A stretch of 64,000 nt of DNA from Eledone cirrhosa (taxonomy: Eukaryota). The notes below the pieces were generated by a model, which was not told the DNA's origin, made no database searches, and saw nothing but the letters and a program-made list of their open reading frames with translations. Within the stretch, counting starts at the first letter, position 1. Each line of letters opens with the position of its first letter. Below are positions 14,841-30,499 of this stretch, piece by piece. Position numbers and translations under genes: made by a program. The DNA lies in assembly GCA_964016885.1 (NCBI GenBank), contig OZ024741.1, forward strand, positions 48,670,001 through 48,734,000, written 5' to 3'.

Positions 14841-17800
14841 CTCCACTATTACAGTCTAAATATTCTTCATTACTACGTCTAAATATTCTCCACTATTACA
14901 GTTTAAATATTCTCCACTATTACAGTCTAAATATTCTCCACTATTACAGTCTAAATATTCTCCGCTATTACAGTCTAAATATTCACTATTACGGTCTAAA
15001 TATTCTCCGCTATTACAGTCTAAATATACTTCGCTACTACGGTCTAAATATTCTCCGCTATTACAGTCTAAAAATTCTCCACTATTACAGTATAAATATT
15101 CTCCATTATTACAGTCTAAATATTCTCCACTATTACACTCTAAATATTCTTCACTACTACGGTCTAAATATTCTCCCCTATTACAGTCTAAATATTCTCC
15201 ACTATTACAGTCTAAATATTCTTCACTACTACGGTCTAAATATTCTCCGCTATTACAGTCTAAATATTCTCCACTATTACAATCTAAATATTCACCACTA
15301 TTACAGTCTAAATATTCTCCACTATTACAGTCTAAATATTCTCCACTATTACAGTCTAGATATTCTCCACTATTAAAGTCTAAATATTCTTCACTACTAC
15401 GGTCTAAATATTCTCCACTATTACGGTCTAAATATTTTCCACTATTAGGGTCTAAATATTCTCCACTATTACAGTCTAAATATTCTCCACTATTACAGTC
15501 TAAATATTCTCCGCTATTACAGTCTAAATATTCTTCACTACTACGGTCTAAATATTCTTCACTATTACAGTCTAAATATTCTCCACTATTACAGTCTAAA
15601 TATTCTCCACTATTACAGTCTAAATATTCTTCACTACTACGGTCTAAATATTCTCCGCTTTTACTGTCTAAATATTCTCCACTATTACAGTCTAAAAATT
15701 CTTCATTACTACGGTCTAAATATTCTCCACTATTACAGTCTAAATATTCTCCGCTATTACAGTCTAAATATTCTCCACCATTACAGTCTAAATATTCTCC
15801 ACTATTACAGTCTAAATATTCTCCGCTATTAGAATCTAAATATTCTCCGCTATTACAGTCTAAATATTCTCCGCTATTACAGTCTAAATATTCTCCGCTA
15901 TTACAGTTTAAATATTCTCCGCTATTACAGTCTAAATATTCTCCACTATTACAGTCTTAATATTCTCCACTATTACAGTCTAAATATTCTCCACTATTAC
16001 AGTCTAAATATTCTCCACTATTACGATCTAAATATTCTCCACTATTACGGTCTAAATATTCTCCACTATTACAGTCTAAATATTCTTCACTACTACGGTC
16101 TAAATATTCTCCACTATTACATTCTAAGTATTCTCCACTATTACAGTCTAAATATTCTTCACTATTACAGTCTAAATATTCTCCACTATTACAGTCTAAA
16201 TATTCTTCACTACTACGGCCTAAATATCCTCCACTATTACAGTCTAAATATTCTCCACTATTACAGTCTAAATATTCTCCACTATTACAGTCTAAATATT
16301 CTTCACTACTACGGTCTAAATATTCTCCGCTATTACAGTCTAAAAATTCTCCACTATTAGAGTCTAAATATTCTTCACAAATACAGTCTAAATATCCTCC
16401 ACTATTACAGTCTAAAAATTGTCCACTATTACAGTCTAAATATTCTTCATTACTACGTCTAAATATTCTCCACTATTACAGTCTAAATATTCTCCACTAT
16501 TACAGTCTAAATATTCTCCACTATTACAGTCTAAATATTCTTCGCTACTACGGTCTAAATATTCTCCGCTATTACAGTCTAAATATTCTCCACTATTACA
16601 GTCTAAATATTCTTCATTACTACGGTCTAAATATTCTCCACTATTAGAGTCTAAATATTCTCCACTATTACAGTCTAAATATTCTTCATTACTAGGTCTA
16701 AAAATTCTCCACTATTACAGTCTAAATATTCTCCATTATTACAGTCTAAATATTCTCCACTATTACAGTCTAAATATTCTTCACTACTACGGTCTAAATA
16801 TTCTCCCCAATTACAGTCTAAATATTCTCCACTATTACAGTCTAAATATTCTCCGCTATTACAGTCTAAATATTCACTATTACGGTCTAAATATTCTGCG
16901 CTATTACAGTCTAAATATACTTCGCTACTACGGTCTAAATATTCTCCACTATTACAGTCTAAATATTCTCCACTATTGCAGTCTAAATATTCTTCATTAC
17001 TACGTCTAAATATTCTCCACTATTACAGTCTAAATATTCTCCACTATTACAGTCTAAAAATTCTCCACAATTACAGTCTAAATATTCTTCACAAATACGG
17101 TCTAAATATTCTCCACTATTACAGTCTAAATATTCTCCACTATTACAGTCTAAATATTCTTCATTACTACGTCTAAATATTCTCCACTATTACAGTCTAA
17201 ATATTCTCCACTATTACAGTCTAAACATTCTCCACTATTACAGTCTAAATATTCTCCGCTATTACAGTCTAAATATTCACTATTACGGTCTAAATATTCT
17301 CCGCTATTACAGTCTAAATATACTTCGCTACTACGGTGTAAATATTCTCCGCTAATACAGTCTAAAAATTCTCCACTATTACAGTCTAAATATTCTCCAT
17401 TATTACAGTCTAAATATTCTCCACTATTACAGTCTAAATATTCTTCACTACTACGGTCTAAATATTCTCCCCTATTACAGTCTAAATATTCTCCACTATT
17501 ACAGTCTAAATATTCTTCACTACTACGGTCTAAATATTCTCCGCTATTACAGTCTAAATATTCTCCACTATTACAGTCTAAATATTCACCACTATTACAG
17601 TCTAAATATTCTCCACTATTACAATCTAAATATTCTCCACTATTACAGTCTAGATATTCTCCACTATTAAAGTCTAAATATTCTTCACTACTACGGTCTA
17701 AATATTCTCCACTATTACGGTCTAAATATTTTCCACTATTAGGGTCTAAATATTCTCCACTATTACAGTCTAAATATTCTCCACTATTACAGTCTAAATA

Positions 17801-19879
17801 TTCTCCGCTATTACAGTCTAAATATTCTTCACTACTACGGTCTAAATATTCTTCACTATTACAGTCTAAATATTCTCCACTATTACAGTCTAAATATTCT
17901 CCACTATTACAGTCTAAATATTCATCACTACTACGGTCTAAATATTCTCCGCTATTACAGTCTAAATATTCTCCACTATTACAGTGTAAATATTCTTCGC
18001 TACTACGGTCTAAATATTCTCCGCTATTACAGTCTAAATATTCTCCACTATTACAGTCCAAAAATTCTTCATTACTACGGTCTAAATATTCTCCACTATT
18101 ACAGTCTAAATATTCTCCGCTATTACAGTCTAAATATTCTCCACCATTACAGTCTAAATATTCTCCACTATTACAGTCTAAATATTCTCCGCTATTAGAA
18201 TCTAAATATTCTCCGCTATTACAGTCTAAATATTCTCCGCTATTACAGTCTAAATATTCTCCACTATTACAGTCTAAATATTCTCCACTATTACGATCTA
18301 AATATTCTCCACCATTACAGTCTAAATATTCTTCACTACTACTGTCTAAATACTCTCCACTATTACAGTCTAAATATTCTCAACTATTACAGTCTAAATA
18401 TTCTCCACTATTACATTCTAAGTATTCTCCACTATTACAGTCTAAATATTCTTCACTATTACACTCTAAATATTCTCCACTATTACAGTCTAAATATTCT
18501 TCACTACTACGGTCTAAATATCCTCCACTATTACAGTCTAAATATTCTCCACTATTACAGTCTAAATATTCTCCACTATTACAGTCTAAATATTCTTCAC
18601 AAATACAGTCTAAATATTCTCCACTATTACAGTCTAAAAATTGTCCACTATTACAGTCTAAATATTCTTCATTACTACGTCTAAATATTCTCCACTATTA
18701 CAGTCTAAATATTCTCCACTATTACAGTCTAAATATTCTCCACTATTACAGCCTAAATATTCTTCGCTACTACGGTCTAAATATTCTCCGCTATTACGGT
18801 CTAAATATTCTCCACTATTACAGTCTAAATATTCTTCATTACTACGGTCTAAATATTCTCCATTATTAGAGTCTAAATATTCTCCACTATTACAGTCTAA
18901 ATATTCTCCATTATTACAGTCTAAATATTCTCCACTATTACAGTCTAAATATTCTTCACTACTACGGTCTAAATATTCTCCCCAATTACAGTCTAAATAT
19001 TCTCCACTATTACAGTCTAAATATTCTCCGCTATTACAGTCTAAATATTCACTATTACGGTCTAAATCTTCTCCGCTATTACAGTCTAAATATACTTCGC
19101 TACTACGGTCTAAATATTCTCCACTATTACTGTCTAAATATTCTCCACTATTACAGTCTAAATATTCTTCATTACTACGGTCTAAATATTCTCCACTATT
19201 ACAGTCTAAATATTCTCCACTATTACCGTCTAAATATTCTCCACTATTACAGTCTAAATATTCTTCATTACTACGTCTAAAAATTTTCCACTACTACAGT
19301 CTAAATATTCTCCACTATTACAGTCTAAATATTCTCCACTATTACAGTCTAAATATTCTTCACTACTACGGTCTAAATATTCTCCACTATTACAGTCTAA
19401 ATATTCTCCAATATTACAGTCTAAATATACTTCGCTACTACGGTCTAAATATTCTCCGCTATTACAGTCTAAATATTCTCCACTATTACAGTCTAAATAT
19501 TCTTCATTACTACGGTCTAAATATTCTCCACTATTAGAGTCTAAATATTCTCCACTATTACAGTCTAAATATTCTTCATTACTACCTCTAAAAATTCTCC
19601 ACTATTACAGTCTAAATATTCTCCATTATTACAGTCTAAATATTCTCCACTATTACAGTCTAAATATTCTTCACTACTACGGTCTAAATATTCTCCCCTA
19701 TTACAGTCTAAATATTCTCCACTATTACAGTCTAAATATTCTCCGCTATTACAGTCTAAATATTCACTATTACGGTCTAAATATTCTCCGCTATTACAGT
19801 CTAAATATACTTCGCTACTACGGTCTAAATATTCTCCACTATTACAGTGTAAATATTCTCCACTATTACAGTCAAAATA

Positions 19880-20930
19880 TTCTTCATTACTACGGTCTAA
19901 ATATTCTCCACTATTACAGTCTAAATATTCTCCACTATTACCGTCTAAATAATCTCCACTATTACAGTCTAAATATTCTTCATTACTACGTCTAAAAATT
20001 TTCCACTACTACAGTCTAAATATTCTCCACTATTACAGTCTAAATATTCTCCACTATTACAGTCTGAATATTCTTCACTACTACGGTCTAAATATTCTCC
20101 ACTATTACAGTCTAAATATTCTCCAATATTACAGTCTAAATATTCTTCACTACTACGGTCTAAATATTCTCCACTATTACAGTCTAAATATTCTCCACTA
20201 TTACAGTCTAAATATTCTCCACTATTACAGTCTAAATATTCTTCACTACTACGGTCTAAATATTCTCCGCTATTACAGTCTAAATATTCTCAACTATTAC
20301 AGTGTAAATATTCTTCGCTACTACGGTCTAAATATTCTCCGCTATTACAGTCTAAATATTCTCCACTATTACAGTCTAAAAATTCTTCATTACTACGGTC
20401 TAAATATTCTCCACTATTACAGTCTAAATATTCTCCACTATTACCGTCTAAATAATCTCCACTATTACAGTCTAAATATTCTTCATTACTACGTCTAAAA
20501 ATTTTCCACTACTACAGTCTAAATATTCTCCACTATTACAGTCTAAATATTCTCCACTATTACAGTCTGAATATTCTTCACTACTACGGTCTAAATATTC
20601 TCCACTATTACAGTCTAAATATTCTCCAATATTACAGTCTAAATATTCTTCACTACTACGGTCTAAATATTCTCCACTATTACAGTCTAAATATTCTCCA
20701 CTATTACAGTCTAAATATTCTCCACTATTACAGTCTAAATATTCTTCACTACTACGGTCTAAATATTCTCCGCTATTACAGTCTAAATATTCTCAACTAT
20801 TACAGTGTAAATATTCTTCGCTACTACGGTCTAAATATTCTCCGCTATTACAGTCTAAATATTCTCCACTATTACAGTCTAAAAATTCTTCATTACTACG
20901 GTCTAAATATTCTCCACTATTACAGTCTAA
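19880..20930. repeat. Tandem duplication, period 503 bp (21 monomers minus 1 nt); boundaries approximate
   Basis: CCGTCTAAATAATCTCC occurs at 19941 and 20444. GTCTGAATA and TCTCAACTATTACAGTGT also recur at +503. Confidence 0.85.
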
Positions 20931-23900
20931 ATATTCTCCGCTATTACAGTCTAAATATTCTCCACCATTACAGTCTAAATATTCTCCACTATTACAGTCT
21001 AAATATTCTCCGCTATTAGCATCTAAATATTCTCCGCTATTACAGTCTAAATATTCTCCGCTATTACAGTCTAAATATTCTCCGCTATTACAGTTTAAAT
21101 ATTCTCCGCTATTACAGTCTAAATATTCTCCACTATTACAGTCTAAATATTCTCCACTATTACGAACTAAATATTCTCCACTATTACAGTTTAAATATTC
21201 TTCACTACTACGGTCTAAATACTCTCCACTATTACAGTCTAAATATTCTCCACTATTACAGTCTAAATATTCTCCACTATTACATTCTAAGTATTATCCA
21301 CTATTACAGTCTAAACATTCTTCACTATTACAGTCTAAATATTCTCCACTATTACAGTCTAAATATTCTTCACTACTACGGTCTAAATATCCTCCACTAT
21401 TACAGTCTAAATATTCTCCACTATTACAGTCTAAATATTCTCCACTATTACAGTCTAAATATTCTTCACAAATACAGTCTAAATATTCTCCACTATTACA
21501 GTCTAAAAATTGTCCACTATTACAGTCTAAATATTCTTCATTACTACGTCTAAATATTCTCCACTATTACAGTCTAAATATTCTCCACTATTACAGTCTA
21601 AATATTCTCCACCATTACAGCCTAAATATTCTTCGCTACTACGGTCTAAGTATTCTCCGCTATTACAGTCTAAATATTCTCCACTATTACAGTCTAAATA
21701 TTCTTCATTACTACGGTCTAAATATTCTCCACTATTAGAGTCTAAATATTCTCCACTATTACAGTCTAAATATTCTTCATTACTACGTCTAAAAATTCTC
21801 CACTATTACAGTCTAAATATTCTCCATTATTACAGTCTAAATATTCTCCACTATTACAGTCTAAATATTCTTCACTACTACGGTCTAAATATTCTCCCCA
21901 ATTACAGTCTAAATATTCTCCACTATTACAGTCTAAATATTCTCCGCTATTACAGTCTAAATATTCACTATTACGGTCTAAATATTCTCCGCTATTACAG
22001 TCTAAATATACTTCGCTACTACGGTCTAAATATTCTCCACTATTACAGTCTAAATATTCTCCACTATTACAGTCTAAATATTCTTCATTACTACGGTCTA
22101 AATATTCTCCACTATTACAGTCTAAATATTCTCTACTATTACCGTCTAAATATTCTCCACTATTACAGTCTAAATATTCTTCATTACTACGTCTAAAAAT
22201 TTTCCACTACTACAGTCTAAATATTCTCCACTATTACAGTCTAAATATTCTCCACTATTACAGTCTAAATATTCTTAACTACTACGGTCTAAATATTCTC
22301 CACTATTACAGTCTAAATATTCTCCAATATTACAGTCTAAATATACTTCGCTACTACGGTCTAAATATTCTCCGCTATTACAGTCTAAATATTCTCCACT
22401 ATTACAGTCTAAATATTCTTCATTACTACGGTCTAAATATTCTCCACTATTAGAGTCTAAATATTCTCCACTATTACAGTCTAAATATTCTTCATTACTA
22501 CGTCTAAAAATTCTCCACTATTACAGTCTAAATATTCTCCATTATTACAGTGTAAATATTCTCCACTATTACAGTCTAAATATTCTTCACTACTACGGTC
22601 TAAATATTCTCCCCTATTACAGTCTAAATATTCTCCACTATTACAGTCTAAATATTCTCCGCTATTACATTCTAAATATTCACTATTACGGTCTAAATAT
22701 TCTCCGCTATTACAGTCTAAATATACTTCGCTACTAAGGTCTAAATATTCTCCACTATTACAGTGTAAATATTCTCCACTATTACAGTCTAAATATTCTT
22801 CATTACTACGTCTAAAAATTTTCCACTACTACAGTCTAAATATTCTCCACTATTACAGTCTAAATATTCTCCACTATTACAGTCTGAATATTCTTCACTA
22901 CTACGGTCTAAATATTCTCCACTATTACAGTCTAAATATTCTCCAATATTACAGTCTAAATATTCTTCACTACTACGGTCTAAATATTCTCCACTATTAC
23001 AGTCTAAATATTCTCCACTATTACAGTCTAAATATTCTCCACTATTACAGTCTAAATATTCTTCACTACTACGGTCTAAATATTCTCCGCTATTACAGTC
23101 TAAAAATTCTCCACTATTAGAGTCTAAATATTCTTCACAAATACAGTCTAAAATTTCTCCACTATTACAGTCTAAATATTCTCCATTATTACAGTCTAAA
23201 TATTCTCCACTATTACAGTCTAAATATTCTTCACTACTACGGTCTAAATATTCTCCACTATTACAGTTTAAATATTCTTCATTACTACGGTCTAAATATT
23301 CTCCACTATTACAGTCTAAATATTCTACACTATTACCGTCTAAATAATCTCCACTATTACAGTCTAAATATTCTTCATTACTACGTCTAAAAATTTTCCA
23401 CTAGTACAGTCTAAATATTCTCCACTATTACAGTCTAAATATTCTCCACTATTACAGTCTGAATATTCTTCACTACTACGGTCTAAATATTCTCCACTAT
23501 TACAGTCTAAATATTCTCCAATATTACAGTCTAAATATTCTTCACTACTACGGTCTAAATATTCTCCGCTATTACAGTCTAAATATTCTCCACTATTACA
23601 GTCTAACTATTCTCCACTATTACAGTCTAAATATTCTCCGCTATTACAGTCTAAGTATTCTTCACTATTAGGGTCTAAATATTCTCCGCTATTACAGTCT
23701 AAATATTCTCCACTATTACAGTCTAAATATTCTTCGCTATTAGAATCTAAATATTCTCCGCTATTACAGTCTAAATATTCTCCGCGATTACAGTCTAAAT
23801 ATTCTCCGCTATTACAGTTTAAATATTCTCCGCTATTACAGTCTAAATATTCTCCACTATTACAGTCTAAATATTCTCCACTATTACAGTCTAAATATTC

Positions 23901-26509
23901 TCCACTATTACAGTCTAAATATTCTTCACTACTACGGTCTAAATATTCTCCGCTATTACAGTCTAAATATTCTCCACTATTACAGTGTAAATATTCTTCG
24001 CTACTACGGTCTAAATATTCTCCGCTATTACAGTCTAAATATTCTCCACTATTACAGTCTAAAAATTCTTCATTACTACGGTCTAAATATTCTCCACTAT
24101 TACAGTCTAAATATTCTCCGCTATTAGAGTCTAAATATTCACCACTATTACAGTCTAAATATTCTCCACTATTACAGTCTAAATATTCTCCGCTATTAGA
24201 ATCTAAATATTCTCCGCTATTACAGTCTAAATATTCTCCGCTATTACAGTCTAAATATTCTCCGCTATTACAGTTTAAATATTCTCCGCTATTACAGTCT
24301 AAATATTCTCCACTATTACAGTCTAATTATTCTCCACTATTACAGTCTAAATATTCTCCACTATTACAGTCCAAATATTCTCCACTATTACGATCTGAAT
24401 ATTCTCCACTATTACGGTCTAAATATTCTCCACTATTACAGTCTAAATATGCTTCACTACTACGGTCTAAATACTCTCCACTATTACAGTCTAAATATTC
24501 TCCACTATTACAGTCTAAATATTCTCCACTATTACATTCTAAGTATTCTCCACTATTACAGTCTAAATATTCTTCACTATTACAGTCTAAATATTCTCCA
24601 CTATTACAGTCTAAATATTCTTCACTACTACGGTCTAAATATTCTCCACTATTACAGTCTAAATATTCTCCACTATTAAAGTCTAAATATTCTCCACTAT
24701 TACAGTCTAAATATTCTTCACTACTACGGTCTAAATATTCTCCGCTATTACAGTCTAAAAATTCTCCACTATTAGAGTCTAAATATTCTTCACAAATACA
24801 GTCTAAATATTCTCCACTATTACAGTCTAAATATTGTCCACTATTACAGTCTAAATATTCTTCATTACTACGTCTAAATATTCTCCACTATTACAGTCTA
24901 AATATTCTCCACTATTACAGTCTAAATATTCGCCACTATTACAGTCTAAATATTCTTTACTACTACGGCCTAAATATTCTCCGCTATTACAGTCTAAATA
25001 TTCTCCACTATTACAGTCTAAATATTCTTCATTACTACGGTCTAAATATTCTCCACTATTAGAGTCTAAATATTCTCCACTATTACAGTCTAAATATTCT
25101 TCATTACTACGTCTAAAATTTCTCCACTATTACAGTCTAAATATTCTCCATTATTACAGTCTAAATATTCTCCACTATTACAGTCTAAATATTCTTCACT
25201 ACTACGGTCTAAATATTCTCCCCTATTACAGTCTAAATATTCTCCACTATTACAGTCTAAATATTCTCCGCTATTACATCTAAATATTCACTATTACGGT
25301 CTAAATATTCTCTGCTATTTCAGTCTAAATATACTTCGCTACTACGGTCTAAATATTCTCCACTATTACAGTCTAAATATTCTCCACTATTACAGTCTAA
25401 ATATTCTTCATTACTACGGTCTAAATATTCTCCACTATTACAGTCTAAATATTCTCCACTATTACCGTCTAAATATTCTCCACTATTACAGTCTAAATAT
25501 TCTTCATTACTACGTCTAAAAATTTTCCACTACTACAGTCTAAATATTCTCCACTATTACAGTCTAAATATTCTCCACTATTACAGTCTAAATATTCTTC
25601 ACTACTACGGTCTAAATATTCTCCACTATTAGAGTCTAAATATTCTCCACTATTACAGTCTAAATATTCTTCATTACTACGTCTAAAAATTCTCCACTAT
25701 TACAGTCTAAATATTCTCCATTATTAAAGTCTAAATATTCTCCACTATTACAGTCTAAATATTCTTCACTACTACGGTCTAAATGTTCTCCCCTATTACA
25801 GTCTAAATATTCTCCACTATTACAGTCTAAATATTCTCCGCTATTACAGTCTAAATATTCACTATTACGGTCTAAATATTCTCCGCTATTACAGTCTAAA
25901 TATACTTCGCTACTACGGTCTAAATATTCTCCACTATTACAGTCTAAATATTCTCCACTATTACAGTCTAAATATTCTTCATTACTACGGTCTAAATATT
26001 CTCCACTATTACAGTCTAAATATTCTCCACTATTACCGTCTAAATATTCTCCACTATTACAGTCTAAATATTCTTCATTACTACGTCTAAAAATTTTCCA
26101 CTACTACAGTCTAAATATTCTCCACTATTACAGTCTAATTATTCTCCACTATTACAGTCTAAATATTCTTCACTACTACAGTCTAAATATTCTACACTAT
26201 TACAGTCTATATATTCTCCAATATTACAGTCTAAATATTCTTCACTACTACGGTCTAAATATTCTCCGCTATTACAGTCTAAATATTCTCCACTATTACA
26301 GTCTAACTATTCTCCACTATTACAGTCTAAATATTCTCCGCTATTACAGTCTAAGTATTCTTCACTATTAGGGTCTAAATATTCTCCGCTATTACAGTCT
26401 AAATATTCTCCACTATTACAGTCTAAAAATTCTTCATTACTACGGTCTAAATATTCTCCAATATTACAGTCTAAAATTCTCCGCTATTACAGTCTAAATA
26501 TTCTCCCCT

Positions 26510-28985
26510 ATTACAGTCTAAATATTCTCCACTATTACAGTCTAAATATTCTCCGCTATTACAATCTAAATATTCTGCGCTATTACAGTCCAAATATTCT
26601 CCGCTATTACAGTCTAAATATTCTCCGCTATTACAGTTTAAATATTCTCCGCTATTACAGTCTAAATATTCTCCACTATTACATTCTAAATATTCTCCAC
26701 TATTACAGTCTAAATATTCTCCACTATTACAGTCTAAATATTCTCCACTATTACAGTTTAAATATTCTTCATTACTACGGTCTAAATATTCTCCACTATT
26801 ACAGTCTAAATATTCTCCACTATTACAGTCTAAATATTCTCCACTATTACAGTCTAAATATTCTTCATTACTACGTCTAAATATTCTCCACTATTACAGT
26901 CTAAATATTCTCCACTATTACAGTCTAAATATTCTCCACTATTACAGTCTAAATATTCTTCACTACTACGGTCTAAATATTCTCCACTATTACAGTCTAA
27001 ATATTCTCCGCTATTACAGTCTAAATATTCACTATTACGGTCTAAATATTCTCCGCTATTACAGTCTAAATATACTTCGCTACTACGGTCTAAATATTCT
27101 CCGCTATTACAGTCTAAATATTCTCCACTATTACAGTCTAAATATTCTTCATTACTACGGTCTAAATATTCTCCACTATTAGAGTCTAAATATTCTCCAC
27201 TATTAAAGTCTAAATATACTTCATCACTACGTCTAAAAATTCTCCACTATTACAGTCTAAATATTCTCCACTATTACAGTCTAAATATTCTCCACTATTA
27301 CAGTCTAAATATTCTTCACTACTACGGTCTAAATATTCTCCACTATTACAGTCTAAATATTCTCCAATATTACAGTCTAAATATTCTTCACTACTACAGT
27401 CTAAATATTCTCCGCTATTACAGTCTAAATATTCTCCACTATTACAGTCTAACTATTCTCCACTATTACAGTCTAAATATTCTCCGCTATTACAGTCTAA
27501 ATATTCTCCACTATTAAAGTCTAAATATTCTTCACTACTACGGTCTAAATATTGACCACTATTACGGTCTAAATATTTTCCACTATTAGGGTCTAAATCT
27601 TCTCCAATATTACAATCAAAATATTCTCCACTATTACAGTCAAAATATTCTCCACTATTACAGTCTAAATATTCTCCACTATTACAGTCTAAATATTCTT
27701 CATTACTACGTCTAAATATTCTCCACTATTACAGTCTAAATATTCTCCACTATTACAGTCTAAATATTCTCCGCTATTACAATCTAAATATTCTGCGCTA
27801 TTACAGTCCAAATATTCTCCGCTATTACAGTCTAAATATTCTCCGCTATTACAGTTTAAATATTCTCCGCTATTACAGTCTAAATATTCTCCACTATTAC
27901 ATTCTAAATATTCTCCACTATTACAGTCTAAATATTCTCCACTATTACAGTCTAAATATTCTCCACTATTACAGTTTAAATATTCTTCATTACTACGGTC
28001 TAAATATTCTCCACTATTACAGTCTAAATATTCTCCACTATTACAGTCTAAATATTCTCCACTATTACAGTCTAAATATTCTTCATTACTACGTCTAAAT
28101 ATTCTCCACTATTACAGTCTAAATATTCTCCACTATTACAGTCTAAATATTCTCCACTATTACAGTCTAAATATTCTTCACTACTACGGTCTAAATATTC
28201 TCCACTATTACAGTCTAAATATTCTCCGCTATTACAGTCTAAATATTCACTATTACGGTCTAAATATTCTCCGCTATTACAGTCTAAATATACTTCGCTA
28301 CTACGGTCTAAATATTCTCCGCTATTACAGTCTAAATATTCTCCACTATTACAGTCTAAATATTCTTCATTACTACGGTCTAAATATTCTCCACTATTAG
28401 AGTCTAAATATTCTCCACTATTAAAGTCTAAATATACTTCATCACTACGTCTAAAAATTCTCCACTATTACAGTCTAAATATTCTCCACTATTACAGTCT
28501 AAATATTCTCCACTATTACAGTCTAAATATTCTTCACTACTACGGTCTAAATATTCTCCACTATTACAGTTTAAATATTCTCCAATATTACAGTCTAAAT
28601 ATTCTTCACTACTACAGTCTAAATATTCTCCGCTATTACAGTCTAAATATTCTCCACTATTACAGTCTAACTATTCTCCACTATTACAGTCTAAATATTC
28701 TCCGCTATTACAGTCTAAATATTCTCCACTATTAAAGTCTAAATATTCTTCACTACTACGGTCTAAATATTGACCACTATTACGGTCTAAATATTTTCCA
28801 CTATTAGGGTCTAAATCTTCTCCAATATTACAATCAAAATATTCTCCACTATTACAGTCAAAATATTCTCCACTATTACAGTCTAAATATTCTCCACTAT
28901 TACAGTCTAAATATTCTTCATTACTACGTCTAAATATTCTCCACTATTACAGTCTAAATATTCTCCACTATTACAGTCTAAATAT
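26510..28985. repeat. Tandem duplication, period 1218 bp (51 monomers minus 6 nt); boundaries approximate
   Basis: TCTGCGCTATTACAGTCCA (G at 26577 and 27795), TTCATCACTACG, ATTGACCACT and AAATCTTCTCCAATATTACAATCAAA all recur at +1218. Confidence 0.88.
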
Positions 28986-30499
28986 TCTTTATTACCACGT
29001 ATAAAAAGTTTCCACTACTACAGTCTAAATATTCTCCACTATTACAGTCTAAATATTCTCCACTATTACAGTCTAAATATTCTTCACTACTACGGTCTAA
29101 ATATTCTCCACTATTACAGTCTAAATATTCTCCAATATTACAGTCTAAATATTCGTCACTACTACGGTCTAAATATTCTCCGCTATTACAGTCTAAATAT
29201 TCTCCACTATTACAGTCTAACTATTCTCCACTATTAAAGTCTAAATATTCTCCGCTATTACAGTCTAAGTATTCTTCACTACTAGGGTCTAAATATTCTC
29301 CACTATTACAGTCTAAATATTCTCCGCTATTACAGTCTAAATATTCTCCACTATTACAGTCTAAAAATTCTTCATTACTACGGTCTAAATATTCTCCACT
29401 ATTACAGTCTAAATATTCTCCGCTATTACAATCTAAATATTCTGCGCTATTACAGTCTAAATATTCTCCGCTATTACAGTCTAAATATTCTCCGCTATTA
29501 CAGTTTAAATATTCTCCGCTATTACAGTCTAAATATTCTCCACTATTACAGTCTAAATATTCTCCACTATTACAGTCTAAATATTCTCCACTATTACAGT
29601 CTAAATATTCTCCACTATTACGATCTAAATATTCTCCACTATTACGGTCTAAATATTCTCCACTATTACAGTCTAAATATTCTCCGCTATTACAGTCTAA
29701 ATATTCTTCACTACTTCGGTCTAAATACTCTCCACTATTACAGTCTAAATATTCTCCACTATTACAGTCTAAATATTCTCCACTATTACATTCTAAATAT
29801 TCTCCACTATTACAGTCTAAATATTCTCCACTATTACAGTCTAAATATTCTTCACTACTACGGTCTAAATATTCTCCACTATTTCAGTCTAAATATTCTT
29901 CACTATTACAGTCTAAATATTCTCCACTATTACAGTCTAAATATTCTTCACTACTACGGTCTAAATATTCTCCGCTATTACAGTCTAAAAATTCTCCACT
30001 ATTACAGTCCAAATATTCTTCACAAATACGGTCTAAATATTCTCCACTATTACAGTCTAAATATTCTCCACTATTACAGTCTCAATATTTTTCATTACTA
30101 CGTCTAAATATTCTCCACTATTACAGTCTAAATATTCTTCACTACTACGGTCTAAATATTCTCCACTATTACAGTCTAAATATTCTCCACTATTACAGTC
30201 TAAATATTCTCCGCTATTACAGTCTAAATATTCACTATTACGGTCTAAATATTCTCCGCTATTACAGTCTAAATATTCTCCACTATTACAGTCTAAATAT
30301 TCTTCATTACTACGGTCTAAATATTCTGCACTATTAGAGTCTAAATATTCTCCACTATTACAGTCTAAATATTCTTCATTACTACGTCTAAAAATTCTCC
30401 ACTATTACAGTCTAAATATTCTCCAGTATTACAGTCTAAATATTCTCCACTATTACAGTCTAAATATTCTTCACTAGTACGGTCTAAATATGCTCCACT

